Below, piece after piece: positions 1-9,609 of a stretch of DNA of 18,082 nucleotides. The notes below the pieces were generated by a model that did not search any database, was not told where the DNA came from, and saw only the letters and a program-made list of their open reading frames with translations. The position numbers were made by a program, and so were the translations under genes. Origin of the DNA: an uncultured Pseudomonadota bacterium (GTDB lineage Bacteria > BMS3Abin14); contig CAYVSA010000043.1 of NCBI GenBank assembly GCA_964454175.1, forward strand, positions 1 through 18,082, in the 5' to 3' direction. Within the stretch, counting starts at the first letter, position 1. The number at the start of each line of letters is the position of its first letter.

Positions 1-10
1 AAGAGACCAG

Positions 11-81
11 TTTCTTGTTTCTCGTTTCTGGTCAAATTTCGATGATTGGTGATTTGGGAGATGAACCGAAATTAGAAACCA
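11..81. repeat. Degenerate heptamer repeats in opposite orientations downstream of the hybrid kinase
   Basis: TTTCTTG TTTCTCG TTTCTGG (11-31) and GAAATTA GAAACCA (68-81). Confidence 0.6.
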
Positions 82-90
82 GTTCACAAT

Positions 91-3000
91 TTACATCGAA
101 TCGAGAAGGCTCCTGATCTTGAGCATCAGTTCACTCACCTGGTAGGGCTTCTGAATAAAATCGTTAGCGCCCTGCTTGAGGATCTCACTGGCCCTGCCTG
201 ACTGGGAAAAACCGCTGGTAAGAAGGACTTTAATCTCCGGATCGATCTCCCTTAGCTTTATTAAAGTTTTTTCTCCACTCATTCCGGGCATTACCATGTC
301 CAGTAACACCATCTCGAAATTGCCCTGCTGCTCTTCGAAGATCTGTGCCGCTTCAGTACCTGTTTCCACGATCGTGACAGAGTAGCCGAAGCCCTCCAGC
401 ATGTCTTTTGCCATTGTCCTGATCTGCTCCTCATCATCAACGACAAGGATCTTTTCACTTCCCCCGAAGGGCTGCGCATGATCCCCTTTAATTTCTTCTT
501 TCTTGCCGGCACTCACAGGCAGGAAGACCCTGAAGGTGGTACCCTGGCCCTCTTCGCTGTAAACGTTCACTGTACCCCCGTGATTTTTTACAACACCGTA
601 GACCATCGACAGTCCAAGGCCGGTGCCCTTGCCAACCTCCTTGGTAGTAAAGAAGGGATCAAATATCCTCTCCACCGTATCTTTGTCCATCCCCACACCT
701 GTGTCGGTCACCGACAGAGTGACGTAGGATCCGGGCCTGAGTTCGAGGGCTGTCTGAACAGAGTTCGCTTTTACATTCTCAACCAATGTTTCCAGGATCA
801 GCTGACCTCCCTCCGGCATGGCATCCGCTGCGTTGATACACAGGTTCATGAGGATCTGCTGAAGCTGCCCGGGATCACCCTTCACCGGCGGCAGCGAGAC
901 CTCCAGGTGTTTCTTTATCTCTATTGCTTTGTCAAAAGTCCTATCCAGGATCGACAGGGTCTCATCCACCAGATTATTGAGGTCCACAAGCCGTTCATCA
1001 TACTTGCCAGAGCGGGCAAATCCCAGCAGTTGACTCGTCAGTTCAGCAGCCCTTGTGGCACTTTTTTCGATCATGGTGACGGGTTTGTACAGATCGTCCC
1101 CCTCTTTTAGCTTCATCTTCATGAGGGATGCATAGCCGAGTATCCCTCCCAGCAGGTTGTTGAAATCATGGGCGATCCCGCCGGCAAGTGTGCCGATACT
1201 CTCCATTTTCTGAGCCTGGAGGATCTGGGCTTCAAGCTCTTTTTGTTCGGTGATGTCCTGGAAGAAATTGAGAGTGGCGGGCCTTCCATCCCAGTCGATG
1301 AGAACCGAGTTGTTCGTCCCCCACAGAGTTTTTCCATCCTTGTTTATGACCCTGAAGGAATATGCTGAAGGCACATCTTTTCCACTGATCCTGTTGGCGT
1401 ACCTTTCGGCAACAAAGTTCCTGTCCTCCGGATGTACAAGTTCGATAAAAGGTTTCCTTAGAAGCTCTTCTTCTGTGTAACCTATCGTTGCGAGAGTGAC
1501 AGGATTGGGGAATTTTATCAGGTTGTCCTGGGCCACGAAGATGCCTTCGTTGGCATGTTCCACCAGCAGCTTGTACTTTTCTTCGCTTTCCCTGAGAGCT
1601 TCTTCAGCTTTCTTCCGGGTCACGGCCTCGGCAATGATCCCGGCAACAGCCATTAAAAAATGGACGTCGTGGTCAGAAAAGGTCTTTCCTGAAGCAGAAT
1701 GAACACCAAACACACCAAAAGGCCCATGAACCCCTTGTATGGCCACACTCATACCGCTGATCACTCCATGGTCTGTCAGGAGGGCGGGGCCGGAAAAACG
1801 TGACTCGGTTCGCAGGTCCTTTACAATAACGGGCATGTCACTTTGAAGGGTAAACCCTGCCTGGGAATCGATCCCGGTCCCAACCGTTGCGCTGCCCACA
1901 AGTCCATCTTCCCATCCCACACCAGAGCGAAGCAGGAGCTCTTCCCCACCTGGCATGAGCTCCAGGACCTTGCAGAATTCAGCTCCCAGGTTCCCGGCCA
2001 CTGCGGACACAGCTTCATCCATCAATACCTGGAGATCGGCACTTGCAAGGGCTTGCTGACCAAGATCCGCTACTACCGCCTGCTGACGGGAACGCTTAAG
2101 CAGTTCTCTTTCAGCCTTTTCCAATTCTGACATATCGATCCCGGCGTAGATGGCGAAACTCTCATCTGAATCAGCGTCGAAAACTACTGTGTTATTGAGC
2201 ATCACACTAATGCTTTTCCTGTCCTTTCTGAGAATATGGGTCCTGAAGGAGACCGGCTCGCCCCTGGAAAAGAGACGCTTGTGGCTGCTGCTGACTTCTC
2301 CGGCATCTTCTTCCGGAACCATTAGCTCCCAGAGGACGCCGCCCAGTACTTCATCCTGGGAAAAACCCGTGAGCTCCTGACCTGTTCTGTTAAAAAGAAC
2401 AACTTTTCCTTCCCGGTTCGTAACTATAATTATGGTTCCAGCGCTGGATATCAAATTGCTGATCCACCTGTTCTTCTCCCCCAGGACTTTCATCATCTCG
2501 CCGATGCTCTTACTGAGGAACTCAAACTCCGAAATACCTTTATAAAAAGGCATCGACGCGTTTTTAACCGGCACCACGATACCTTTTTTTACCCTGTTGG
2601 CAATGAAGACCAGGTAACACAGGAGGGCCACAAGACCGGAGGCAAGAATACTTGCGAAGATGAGGAAGATCCGTCTGATCTGCCAGATTGCGGCATTATA
2701 TTCTGTGCTGTCTCTGAATAGATAGAGATCCCAGTGCCACGGCCCGAAAACGAACGTGTAGGAAAAGTACGTCCTGCCCGAAATCGTCACTCCCACCAGG
2801 GGCAGGCCCTGATCCATTTTGTGGAGGACATCGTGCAGACGATCGAACTCCGATTCGCTGACACCCGAGTGGAGAAGGGTCTTGGAACCCTCGTCATGCA
2901 CGACACCCAGCAGATAGTGCCGCTTGAAAAATTCATCGAGTAGACCGATAGCCAACCCTTTTTTAACCCGTGTGGCCCTTTCGTCTCCTGCCAGGCCTTC

Positions 3001-3213
3001 TTTCATAAGGTTGTCGAACTTTTCGCCGGCGATGTCATAGGCCTGACGGCCCAGAGACATCAGTTCGGACCTGGCCTGCTGTAAGGCCAGGTCCGAAAAA
3101 TATTCGTACATGGTCATGTAAAGCGCAGGCAGGACTACGACCAGGACCAGCAGTACGGGGGCCCCTATCCTGAACAGGATACTGTTGGCAAATTTCCTCT
3201 TGTCCGATCTCAC
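91..3213 (-). CDS. Membrane-bound hybrid sensor histidine kinase/response regulator (TM-periplasmic Cache-like-TM-PAS-GAF-PAS-HisKA-HATPase_c-REC)
   Basis: 1040-aa ORF with GTG start. Two hydrophobic segments flank a periplasmic domain. PAS motifs ([48 protein letters not shown]), GAF region ([24 protein letters not shown]), H-box [16 protein letters not shown]-box [15 protein letters not shown]1/F/G2 boxes [22 protein letters not shown], and a C-terminal receiver ([24 protein letters not shown]). Confidence 0.95.
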   Translation of the reverse strand: MRSDKRKFANSILFRIGAPVLLVLVVVLPALYMTMYEYFSDLALQQARSELMSLGRQAYDIAGEKFDNLMKEGLAGDERATRVKKGLAIGLLDEFFKRHYLLGVVHDEGSKTLLHSGVSESEFDRLHDVLHKMDQGLPLVGVTISGRTYFSYTFVFGPWHWDLYLFRDSTEYNAAIWQIRRIFLIFASILASGLVALLCYLVFIANRVKKGIVVPVKNASMPFYKGISEFEFLSKSIGEMMKVLGEKNRWISNLISSAGTIIIVTNREGKVVLFNRTGQELTGFSQDEVLGGVLWELMVPEEDAGEVSSSHKRLFSRGEPVSFRTHILRKDRKSISVMLNNTVVFDADSDESFAIYAGIDMSELEKAERELLKRSRQQAVVADLGQQALASADLQVLMDEAVSAVAGNLGAEFCKVLELMPGGEELLLRSGVGWEDGLVGSATVGTGIDSQAGFTLQSDMPVIVKDLRTESRFSGPALLTDHGVISGMSVAIQGVHGPFGVFGVHSASGKTFSDHDVHFLMAVAGIIAEAVTRKKAEEALRESEEKYKLLVEHANEGIFVAQDNLIKFPNPVTLATIGYTEEELLRKPFIELVHPEDRNFVAERYANRISGKDVPSAYSFRVINKDGKTLWGTNNSVLIDWDGRPATLNFFQDITEQKELEAQILQAQKMESIGTLAGGIAHDFNNLLGGILGYASLMKMKLKEGDDLYKPVTMIEKSATRAAELTSQLLGFARSGKYDERLVDLNNLVDETLSILDRTFDKAIEIKKHLEVSLPPVKGDPGQLQQILMNLCINAADAMPEGGQLILETLVENVKANSVQTALELRPGSYVTLSVTDTGVGMDKDTVERIFDPFFTTKEVGKGTGLGLSMVYGVVKNHGGTVNVYSEEGQGTTFRVFLPVSAGKKEEIKGDHAQPFGGSEKILVVDDEEQIRTMAKDMLEGFGYSVTIVETGTEAAQIFEEQQGNFEMVLLDMVMPGMSGEKTLIKLREIDPEIKVLLTSGFSQSGRASEILKQGANDFIQKPYQVSELMLKIRSLLDSM

Positions 3214-3216
3214 TTG

Positions 3217-4383
3217 TTACCTTAAACCCCCCTGATCAAAAACCGGTTCAGCGGTCTTCAGGTCCCTTGGCCATACGACCTCCTTCTTACCCTTCTGCCA
3301 CTGGATAATGAGGGGAAAATGACGCACCTGCACACCACGGCTGTCTACGCCGAATCTGCCTAGCAAGGTGGTTGTGTCAAGGGAGAACACGGTCTTTTTA
3401 AACTTTTCCCTGTCAAGGGATCCCGTCAGGTTGAGCACTTCTTCGACCACCTGTCCCCCGGCAAAAGCTGAGGCTGCGTGGTAAGACGGCTTTTCACCGT
3501 ATGCGGCGAGGAAATGGTTGCTGAAGTCCCTGAATGGCGGGGGGCATAATTTACAGGACGATTCCCACTGGGAGGACGAAAAGATCCCTTCGGCCTTCAC
3601 TCCAAGTACCTCACCAAACCTGTCAAGTGCTGGTCCAACGGATGCATAGGCGGCTGGAGACCATCTCATCCCTGCAAGGGACCGTGCCATTTTGACTGCC
3701 TCATTAAAATGTCCGCATACGATAACTGCCTCGGCCCCGGCGTTCCGCGCTCCGAGGAGATAACTGTCCAGATCCGGAACCTCCCTGGAAAACTCCTCAT
3801 ACTTCAGGATCTCCAGTCCGAAGCGCTCTGCCCACTCTTTTGTCCCCTTTGCCGAATACCTGGAGAAATTATCGTCGGCAAAAAATACAGCGATCTTTTT
3901 AGTGCCCTCCAGAACCATCATCTCAAGAAATCCTACCGTATATTTGCTCGCGGAAGTGTACATTCCGAAAACACCCGTGTAGCCCTTCTCCCAGAGTCCG
4001 TCCGACGATGCACCGGTGACCAGAAGAGGGTAGCCATGCTTTTCGGTAACAGGCATGACAGCCGCAGTAATTCCGCTGGAGTATGGACCAAAGAGAAGAT
4101 CTACCTTGTCGACAGTGATAAGCTTCTCGTATTTTTTGGCAGCTGTGCCAGGGTCACTGCCATCGTTGTAAATAACAAGTTCAACGGGATGGCCGAGGAG
4201 GCCGCCCCTTTCGTTGATCTCTTTTGCCCAGAGCCTGAAGCCCTTTTCCTGCATACCCGACATCTCTGAGTATCGGCCGGTGAGGCCCAGGGTAACTCCG
4301 ATCCTGACTGTATCTCCGGCATGAGCAGAAACAGACAACAGGAGCAGAATGGATATCAGGGATAACCTCGATTTCAGACGCAC
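3217..4383 (-). CDS. Periplasmic type-1 (LivJ/branched-chain amino acid-like) substrate-binding protein, orphan
   Basis: 388-aa ORF with GTG start and GGGAGG RBS upstream. Signal peptide ends near SAHA. Motifs VRIGVTLGLTG..GFRLWAKEINERGGLLGHPVELVIYND.SDP and VDLLFGPYSSG are typical of the PBP1 ABC ligand-binding family. The stop lies 3 bp before the kinase start. Confidence 0.9.
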   Translation of the reverse strand: MRLKSRLSLISILLLLSVSAHAGDTVRIGVTLGLTGRYSEMSGMQEKGFRLWAKEINERGGLLGHPVELVIYNDGSDPGTAAKKYEKLITVDKVDLLFGPYSSGITAAVMPVTEKHGYPLLVTGASSDGLWEKGYTGVFGMYTSASKYTVGFLEMMVLEGTKKIAVFFADDNFSRYSAKGTKEWAERFGLEILKYEEFSREVPDLDSYLLGARNAGAEAVIVCGHFNEAVKMARSLAGMRWSPAAYASVGPALDRFGEVLGVKAEGIFSSSQWESSCKLCPPPFRDFSNHFLAAYGEKPSYHAASAFAGGQVVEEVLNLTGSLDREKFKKTVFSLDTTTLLGRFGVDSRGVQVRHFPLIIQWQKGKKEVVWPRDLKTAEPVFDQGGLR

Positions 4384-4421
4384 CGAAACGCCCTCCCGCA
4401 GGGGTTTTGTTATTACTGACC

Positions 4422-4449
4422 ATTATAGAAAAGCTTATTTATTTGATAA
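4422..4449 (-). promoter_or_regulatory. Putative sigma70 promoter for the SBP-kinase pair
   Basis: Minus-strand TTATCA (4449-4444), 16-bp spacer, perfect TATAAT (4427-4422), in an AT-rich patch about 40 bp upstream of the GTG at 4383. Confidence 0.5.
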
Positions 4450-4677
4450 TAATAACAGTCTAGCGGCCAGTTACAAGGGAAAAGTGCACCCGGGTCCGGT
4501 GATCGGAGATCAGACGATTGATGCAGAAGGCTGGAATTAGAAGGATCGGGGGCGAAAGGGTCGATTATCCTCTACTTTAGACAGGACCCGAACGGTTGGA
4601 GGGAAACGGGCCCTATTTACTTCAGTGGCCTGAGACAGACATGGCAGAGGGATGCCTGTTGCCGGGCGGGGTTTTAT

Positions 4678-6864
4678 TCAGGCATCTTCCGATTCCGGGG
4701 ATCCAGGCGGTTCCTGTTGATGGACAAATCCAGCTGCATCACCATCACCGAGCCGGAACTTTGCCATCTCCGGGCCAAGTTCGTCAGCCAGCACCGAAAG
4801 GTCGTGAACTACCCTTTCCAGGGTCTTCATGGCTTCACCGGTCCCGTCTGCCACATTAGCTATCATCATCATGGAGTTTACGATATTTCTGGTGGCATCC
4901 TTTTCCCTCTCCATGGCCTCCTTTACCTTGCCGGAGAAATTGAGGGTCTCAGAAACTCCCTGGGAGATGATTCCAGACTCTTTTACCTGTTCCGCGGTAC
5001 TCTGTTTGAGTTTACGGGTAGCGTCCATGATCTCATCAGTAGAAGTTACAATGAGCTTGCTGCCCCTCTTTTGCTCGTCCACTGCGCTTTTTATCTGGAG
5101 GACCTCCTCGAGGTTCCCGGTGACAACTTTGAGGATTTCCTGGCTCCTGTCCATCTGCTCGGTGGCAGCTTCAGCGATCTCTTTTGCCCTGGCAGCGGAT
5201 TGGGAGGAAATGTCCTCAATGTCCTTCAGAACAGTGCCGGTCTGATCGGCAGCTGCCTGGGATGAATCCGCGCCCTTTGATACCTCAGCCATCATGGTTA
5301 CAGCTGCGTTCACGTCTTTCGTCACACCCTTGATCATCTCTTCGATCTTCTGGACGCTCTGCGTGGTTGTCACGGACAGGTTCCCCACCTCCTCGGCCAC
5401 AACAGCAAAGCCCTTTCCGTGTTCTCCTGCCTGGGCGGCAATGATCGCTGCGTTTATGGCAAGGAGGTTGATCTGGTCGGCTACTTCCCGGATGACATCA
5501 GCAATTTCACTTATGCTGGCAGATTTATCACCCAGGGAGTGAATTACGCTGCCGTAATTTTCCACCAGTTCCCTGTTTTTCCGGGAAACTTCCACAAGTT
5601 CATTCACGGCACTGCTTCCCCGCTCCCTGGCCAGACCAACGACGTCCTCGGCAAGGGTCCTGGAGTCCCGGGCAAACCTTCCCACCTCGGCGCTGCTTGC
5701 GGCAAGCTCCTGTGCTGTGGCTGCAGTCTGTTCTGAAGAAGTGGACAGAGAGTCAAGATACTCCGCATTCTGGGACATGGTCGTGTCCATCTCCACCAGA
5801 GAGGAGGATATTTTCTCCACCTCAGATGCAAGCTGGTCTGCAAAGGCCGAGACCTCGTCGATGGATGACTTCAGTTCAAGGGTAGAGGATGATGAGCCGC
5901 TCAGGGCCTCGGAAAGTTTGTCGAACTGCTCGCCCACTTCACCCGCGATAACGTCAACATCCTTGACTGCGGCGGATACCTTGATAATTTCCTCACCCTG
6001 AAGGGCCGCTCCCCTGGAGACCTCTGCGGTGTGCTTTTCGAGGTCATGAGCAACTTCATCGACCCTCCTGGCCGTTATCTTGATCCCCCCCACTATCCTA
6101 CGGAGGCTCTGGAGCATGGAACCGACGGCATCAGAAAGGGCCCCGATCTCGTCATCGGAAGTTTTGCCCACGTCCCTGCTGAGATCACCTTCGGCGATAT
6201 TCCGGGACAAGTCGATGAGCTTCATTATTGGATTTGCAAGTGCCCACCGCAGGAGCAGCGCAACTACCAGGCCAGACAGCACTCCCAGAACGCCGAATAT
6301 CAGGCTCAGACTTCGGGAGCGCCTGCTTCTCGCGAGAACCCGGGCTTCCACGGCGTTCATGTCTTCGTAGACCAAAACCTTGAACTGGGAGGCTACTCCC
6401 TGTACCTTCTCCTCCAGTTCAAGGAGAGTCGCCTCCCAGGACCTCACCGCCTGGCCCGTTCGCCTGACCCTCAGTTCCTGTGAATAGGCCACCATGGAGA
6501 CCCTGTACTCCTTGAGCGCTTTAGTGAAGCTTTCTGAAAGTTCGATCTCACTCTGGTTCGAAAGGCTCCCCTTGAGGTCCTCGACCTTGCCCAGGAGGCC
6601 CTTAACCAGGGAAAGAAGGGGTTTTATGTCCGTCTGCTCCTGGATCACAAAGGTGGCAAAATTGTTCTGGATCTTAACAAAAGCGCCCTGGAGGTCATCA
6701 ACCTGCCTCAAGCGCAGGCGGTACTCCGATTCGAACGTCCGCAGATCCTTGTCCATCCTGCTTGTCTGGACCAGGTTGACAAGGCTGATAAATGCGATAA
6801 TGCCCACCAGGATACCAAGTCCCAGGTTCCTGACGAGCCGGTTGGAAATATTGTAAGATGTCAT
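4678..6864 (-). CDS. Methyl-accepting chemotaxis protein (2 TM, helical periplasmic ligand-binding domain, HAMP, long signalling domain)
   Basis: 728-aa ORF. TM1 ([16 protein letters not shown]), about 150-aa helical periplasmic domain, TM2 ([18 protein letters not shown]), HAMP ([32 protein letters not shown]), signalling tip [30 protein letters not shown]. Confidence 0.95.
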   Translation of the reverse strand: MTSYNISNRLVRNLGLGILVGIIAFISLVNLVQTSRMDKDLRTFESEYRLRLRQVDDLQGAFVKIQNNFATFVIQEQTDIKPLLSLVKGLLGKVEDLKGSLSNQSEIELSESFTKALKEYRVSMVAYSQELRVRRTGQAVRSWEATLLELEEKVQGVASQFKVLVYEDMNAVEARVLARSRRSRSLSLIFGVLGVLSGLVVALLLRWALANPIMKLIDLSRNIAEGDLSRDVGKTSDDEIGALSDAVGSMLQSLRRIVGGIKITARRVDEVAHDLEKHTAEVSRGAALQGEEIIKVSAAVKDVDVIAGEVGEQFDKLSEALSGSSSSTLELKSSIDEVSAFADQLASEVEKISSSLVEMDTTMSQNAEYLDSLSTSSEQTAATAQELAASSAEVGRFARDSRTLAEDVVGLARERGSSAVNELVEVSRKNRELVENYGSVIHSLGDKSASISEIADVIREVADQINLLAINAAIIAAQAGEHGKGFAVVAEEVGNLSVTTTQSVQKIEEMIKGVTKDVNAAVTMMAEVSKGADSSQAAADQTGTVLKDIEDISSQSAARAKEIAEAATEQMDRSQEILKVVTGNLEEVLQIKSAVDEQKRGSKLIVTSTDEIMDATRKLKQSTAEQVKESGIISQGVSETLNFSGKVKEAMEREKDATRNIVNSMMMIANVADGTGEAMKTLERVVHDLSVLADELGPEMAKFRLGDGDAAGFVHQQEPPGSPESEDA

Positions 6865-6900
6865 ATCAATTCTGCACTTGAGTGGATATGTGAAACCACG

Positions 6901-7782
6901 TCACTTGAAGACGAGGTAAAGGGGCTCTGAGATCCTGCCCTGCCCGTAGTAGTTCGGCATGGAATCGTCCAGGGGCTCCCCATAGCAGCTTTTTATGGAA
7001 ACCCCGAAGAGGAATTTGCTCCCTGGCGAGGTTGAGAACTGAACGTCGTCACTGTTTCCGGTGTCCAGCTTCCTGGCAAATTCAATTGTCCAGAAGCCTT
7101 TGCTCCACACTCCTTTTGCCTGTACATCCGCCCTGCTCCCCTCGGGAACCTGGGAAACATACTGCGGAACTACATCGCCCTGGTAATCCACCAGGACCTG
7201 CTTTGCCTGGGCCGCCTTGCCGGTGTCTCCCAGCCTCATGAGGTACCGGGTCTTTCCGGTCCTGCTGGTGATCTGAGTCGCTTTTTTGCCGGGTTCTCCG
7301 GAAAGGACGTGGGACTTGTCGTCGGCATAGCCGTTGGGGTTAGTACGGTGGGCCTTCCAGTACCAGACATCTGCCGTGTAGTCGTTGTCAGCGAAGTTGG
7401 AAAGATCAAGCGCCTTACCGGCCATGTTCCACTTGAAGTAGAAGGTATCTTCACGCTGGGGCCCTATCTCATAGACCTCCAGGTCCTTGTTCCAGATCCA
7501 GGGTTTGTGAAGGTCGTTCTTTGTAGAATCGGGGTATCGCACCAGGAAATACACAGAGTCTGAGGTATAGGCCGCCTTGATCGTTACCAAGGAACCTGTC
7601 CTCTGGTCCTTGACTGAAACGGTCTGCGCAGACTTCCACGCCGCATCCCCGTCGGACCCGTCAAGTACCGGGGCTTTGGTGACCTTGACAGCAGATACGT
7701 TGTGTCCTGCAAAAGCCGGCTGAGTGGAAAACATAATTGCAATTATGGAAACGATAACGACCAGGAAAGGTGTACTTCTCAT
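6901..7782 (-). CDS. Exported ethylbenzene-dehydrogenase-gamma-related (EB_dh, DOMON-like) protein
   Basis: Start re-assigned to the ATG at 7782 (MRSTPFLVVIV..PAFA signal peptide), which follows AAGGAGGTGGGG. Motifs APVLDG..W, IKAAYTSDSVYFLVRYPD, ADVWYWKA.R and GVWSKGFWTIEFARKLDTGNSDDVQF resemble the EB_dh/DOMON-like family. Family call is by recognition, no HMM was run. Confidence 0.75.
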   Translation of the reverse strand: MRSTPFLVVIVSIIAIMFSTQPAFAGHNVSAVKVTKAPVLDGSDGDAAWKSAQTVSVKDQRTGSLVTIKAAYTSDSVYFLVRYPDSTKNDLHKPWIWNKDLEVYEIGPQREDTFYFKWNMAGKALDLSNFADNDYTADVWYWKAHRTNPNGYADDKSHVLSGEPGKKATQITSRTGKTRYLMRLGDTGKAAQAKQVLVDYQGDVVPQYVSQVPEGSRADVQAKGVWSKGFWTIEFARKLDTGNSDDVQFSTSPGSKFLFGVSIKSCYGEPLDDSMPNYYGQGRISEPLYLVFK

Positions 7783-7840
7783 CCCCACCTCCTTTGAAAC
7801 GATCCTCGAACCTGCTCCTGCCTCATATCTAAACGGCCCC

Positions 7841-7869
7841 ATAATCTAACAATTACACCAACAAGTCAA
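7841..7869 (-). promoter_or_regulatory. Putative sigma70 promoter for the EB_dh-MCP pair
   Basis: Minus-strand TTGACT (7869-7864) followed by TGTTAGATTAT: either an extended -10 TGnTAGATT or GATTAT at 17-bp spacing. Confidence 0.4.
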
Positions 7870-7946
7870 CATCCAATGCCCTTCTAAGGCCCAGTTCTGC
7901 AGGTGAATATCTGATTTTAGTCAATTTAACATGGGACCTTTTCAAA

Positions 7947-8073
7947 GGTGTCAGAGCAAATGTGAAAGTGGTGTCGAAAGTGGTGTCAGAGCACTGATTT
8001 GGATCATCATTAACTCAAATATGGGACATGGGCCCTGGAACCTTTTTAGCGGTGTCTTAGTGGTGTCAGAGCA
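7947..8073 (+). repeat. Five GGTGTC direct repeats, three extended to GGTGTCAGAGCA, in the divergent promoter region
   Basis: GGTGTC at 7947, 7970, 7982, 8051 and 8062; GGTGTCAGAGCA at 7947, 7982 and 8062. Confidence 0.75.
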
Positions 8074-8112
8074 AAAGCAACAGCAACAGCGAAAGACCCT
8101 CAAAAAAACGAC

Positions 8113-8142
8113 TTGACAAATGACCGACCGGTCGGTCAATAT
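8113..8142 (+). promoter_or_regulatory. Promoter with perfect palindromic operator (probable TetR autoregulatory site)
   Basis: TTGACA at 8113-8118. Perfect 18-bp palindrome TGACCGACCGGTCGGTCA at 8121-8138 fills the spacer. Candidate -10 CAATAT at 8137-8142, about 30 bp upstream of the tetR ATG. Confidence 0.8.
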
Positions 8143-8172
8143 ACCATCAACTGATCCAGACGCGGAGAAATC

Positions 8173-8796
8173 ATGGCTGCAAAAATCGTCGACAAGGAAA
8201 AGAGGAAGAAGGAGATCGCCCTGGCAGCCCTTGGGCTGTTCGCCGAAAACGGCTTTGAAACAACTTCGATCAGCCAGATAGCCCGGACGGCGGACATCGG
8301 CAAGGGAACTGTATATGAATACTTCAAGTCCAAGGATGAGATCATCGTCACATCTATCGCAATATGGGTGGAGCTTATGATCAGCGAGGCAAAATCCGAG
8401 CTGGAATCTATCGACGGCCCCACTGAGAAACTGCTGTTTTTTATCCAGACAACAATGGAAGCCTTCATGAGCGATCAGCGTCATATTAAGACTGCGATCT
8501 CCATCTTTCAGGTGCTGCTCACCAGGATTGATATGTTGACTTATCATGAAGCTGTGCAACAAACTTTCAGCGATATGCGACAGACCATCATAGAGATAGT
8601 CATGGATGGTTACAGGATGGGGATTTTCCACATCGAGGACGAGCGGGAAGCCCTGAGAATCGCAATTAACCTCATGGCCTTTCTCGATGGAATATTCCTC
8701 CATTACCTCATACTGGGAAAAAGTTTCGATCTCATGGAGCAGGTCGACCACTATATGAAGTATTTGCTTGAGGCCAACCTCAGGGTCAGGATGTAA
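8173..8796 (+). CDS. TetR/AcrR family transcriptional regulator
   Basis: 207 aa. N-terminal HTH signature IALAALGLFAENGFETTSISQIARTADIGKGTVYEYFKSKDEI; GGAG RBS. Confidence 0.95.
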   Translation: MAAKIVDKEKRKKEIALAALGLFAENGFETTSISQIARTADIGKGTVYEYFKSKDEIIVTSIAIWVELMISEAKSELESIDGPTEKLLFFIQTTMEAFMSDQRHIKTAISIFQVLLTRIDMLTYHEAVQQTFSDMRQTIIEIVMDGYRMGIFHIEDEREALRIAINLMAFLDGIFLHYLILGKSFDLMEQVDHYMKYLLEANLRVRM

Positions 8797-8808
8797 GAGG
8801 GAACAGAT

Positions 8809-9609
8809 ATGAATACAATTCATAAACCAGACTTCAGGAAGATATTTACATTTGCGGTTCTTTTCACCGCACTGTTCTTTCCCTCTGCTTCTCCTGCAGA
8901 TGCGAAACCTCAGATCGATGCGATCAAACTCCTTGAAAAAGTGGACGATCTCTGGCGGGGCGAATCAAGTTATGCTGACATTAACATGGAAGTCACCACC
9001 ATCCACTGGCACAGGTCTCTCAAGATGAGAGCATGGTCTCTGGGAAAAGATTATTCCCTTATAGTGATCACAAATCCCACCAAGGAAAGAGGCGTCGCCA
9101 CACTCAAGGCCAACAAAGATATCTGGAACTACCTCCCCAGGGTAAACAGGGTGATCAGGGTGCCAACGTCGATGATGATGGCTGATTGGATGGGAAGCCA
9201 CTTCACAAACGATGACCTGGTTAAGGAGAGCCGGATGTCTGAAGATTACGATGTCAAGATCACATTTGACGGAACTCGCAAGGAGTCCGACGTATATGAT
9301 CTAACACTGATACCAAAACCCGACGCGCCCGTTGTGTGGGGCAAGATCGTCATAACCATCAACAAGGATGGCCTGCTTCCCACAGAATCTCTTTACTTCG
9401 ACGAGGAGGGCGAACTCGCAAGAAGCATGATTTTTTCCAACTTGAGAAACTTTGAGGGCAGGAACGTACCAGCCACTTTGACGCTGATACCCGCTGATAA
9501 ACCTGAAGAAAAGACTGTTATTCAGTATGAAGATATGAAGTTCGGGCTGGGACTTGACACGAAATTTTTCTCCCTGCGCAAACTCTCGCGAAAGGACCTG
9601 GCACAGTGA
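8809..9609 (+). CDS. LolA-like outer-membrane lipoprotein-sorting protein
   Basis: 266 aa with signal peptide. Motifs P.KERGVATLK..IWNYLPRVNRVIRVP..MM..WMGSHFTNDDL are characteristic of this family, and it precedes FtsX-type permeases. Confidence 0.85.
   Translation: MNTIHKPDFRKIFTFAVLFTALFFPSASPADAKPQIDAIKLLEKVDDLWRGESSYADINMEVTTIHWHRSLKMRAWSLGKDYSLIVITNPTKERGVATLKANKDIWNYLPRVNRVIRVPTSMMMADWMGSHFTNDDLVKESRMSEDYDVKITFDGTRKESDVYDLTLIPKPDAPVVWGKIVITINKDGLLPTESLYFDEEGELARSMIFSNLRNFEGRNVPATLTLIPADKPEEKTVIQYEDMKFGLGLDTKFFSLRKLSRKDLAQ

Noticed and set aside
4450-4677. Possible ncRNA or riboswitch in the spacer between the MCP and SBP genes, and the 87-aa plus-strand ORF at 4596
   Set aside because: Only short GC-rich stems expected by chance and no recognisable family motif. 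The ORF is mostly antisense to the MCP.
176-6856. Numerous short plus-strand ORFs over the kinase, SBP and MCP genes
   Set aside because: Antisense shadows of well-supported minus-strand genes, without domains or RBS support.
7783-7842. Upstream ATG (7842) for the EB_dh-like ORF
   Set aside because: It falls within the candidate -10 region. The signal peptide and a strong RBS belong to ATG 7782.
7947-8073. GGTGTCAGAGCA repeats as a mini-CRISPR array
   Set aside because: The repeats are too short (12-15 bp), spacing is irregular (35 and 80 bp), and there are no cas genes.
7951-8823. 290-aa minus-strand ORF
   Set aside because: Antisense shadow of tetR that also runs through the operator, with no recognisable motifs.
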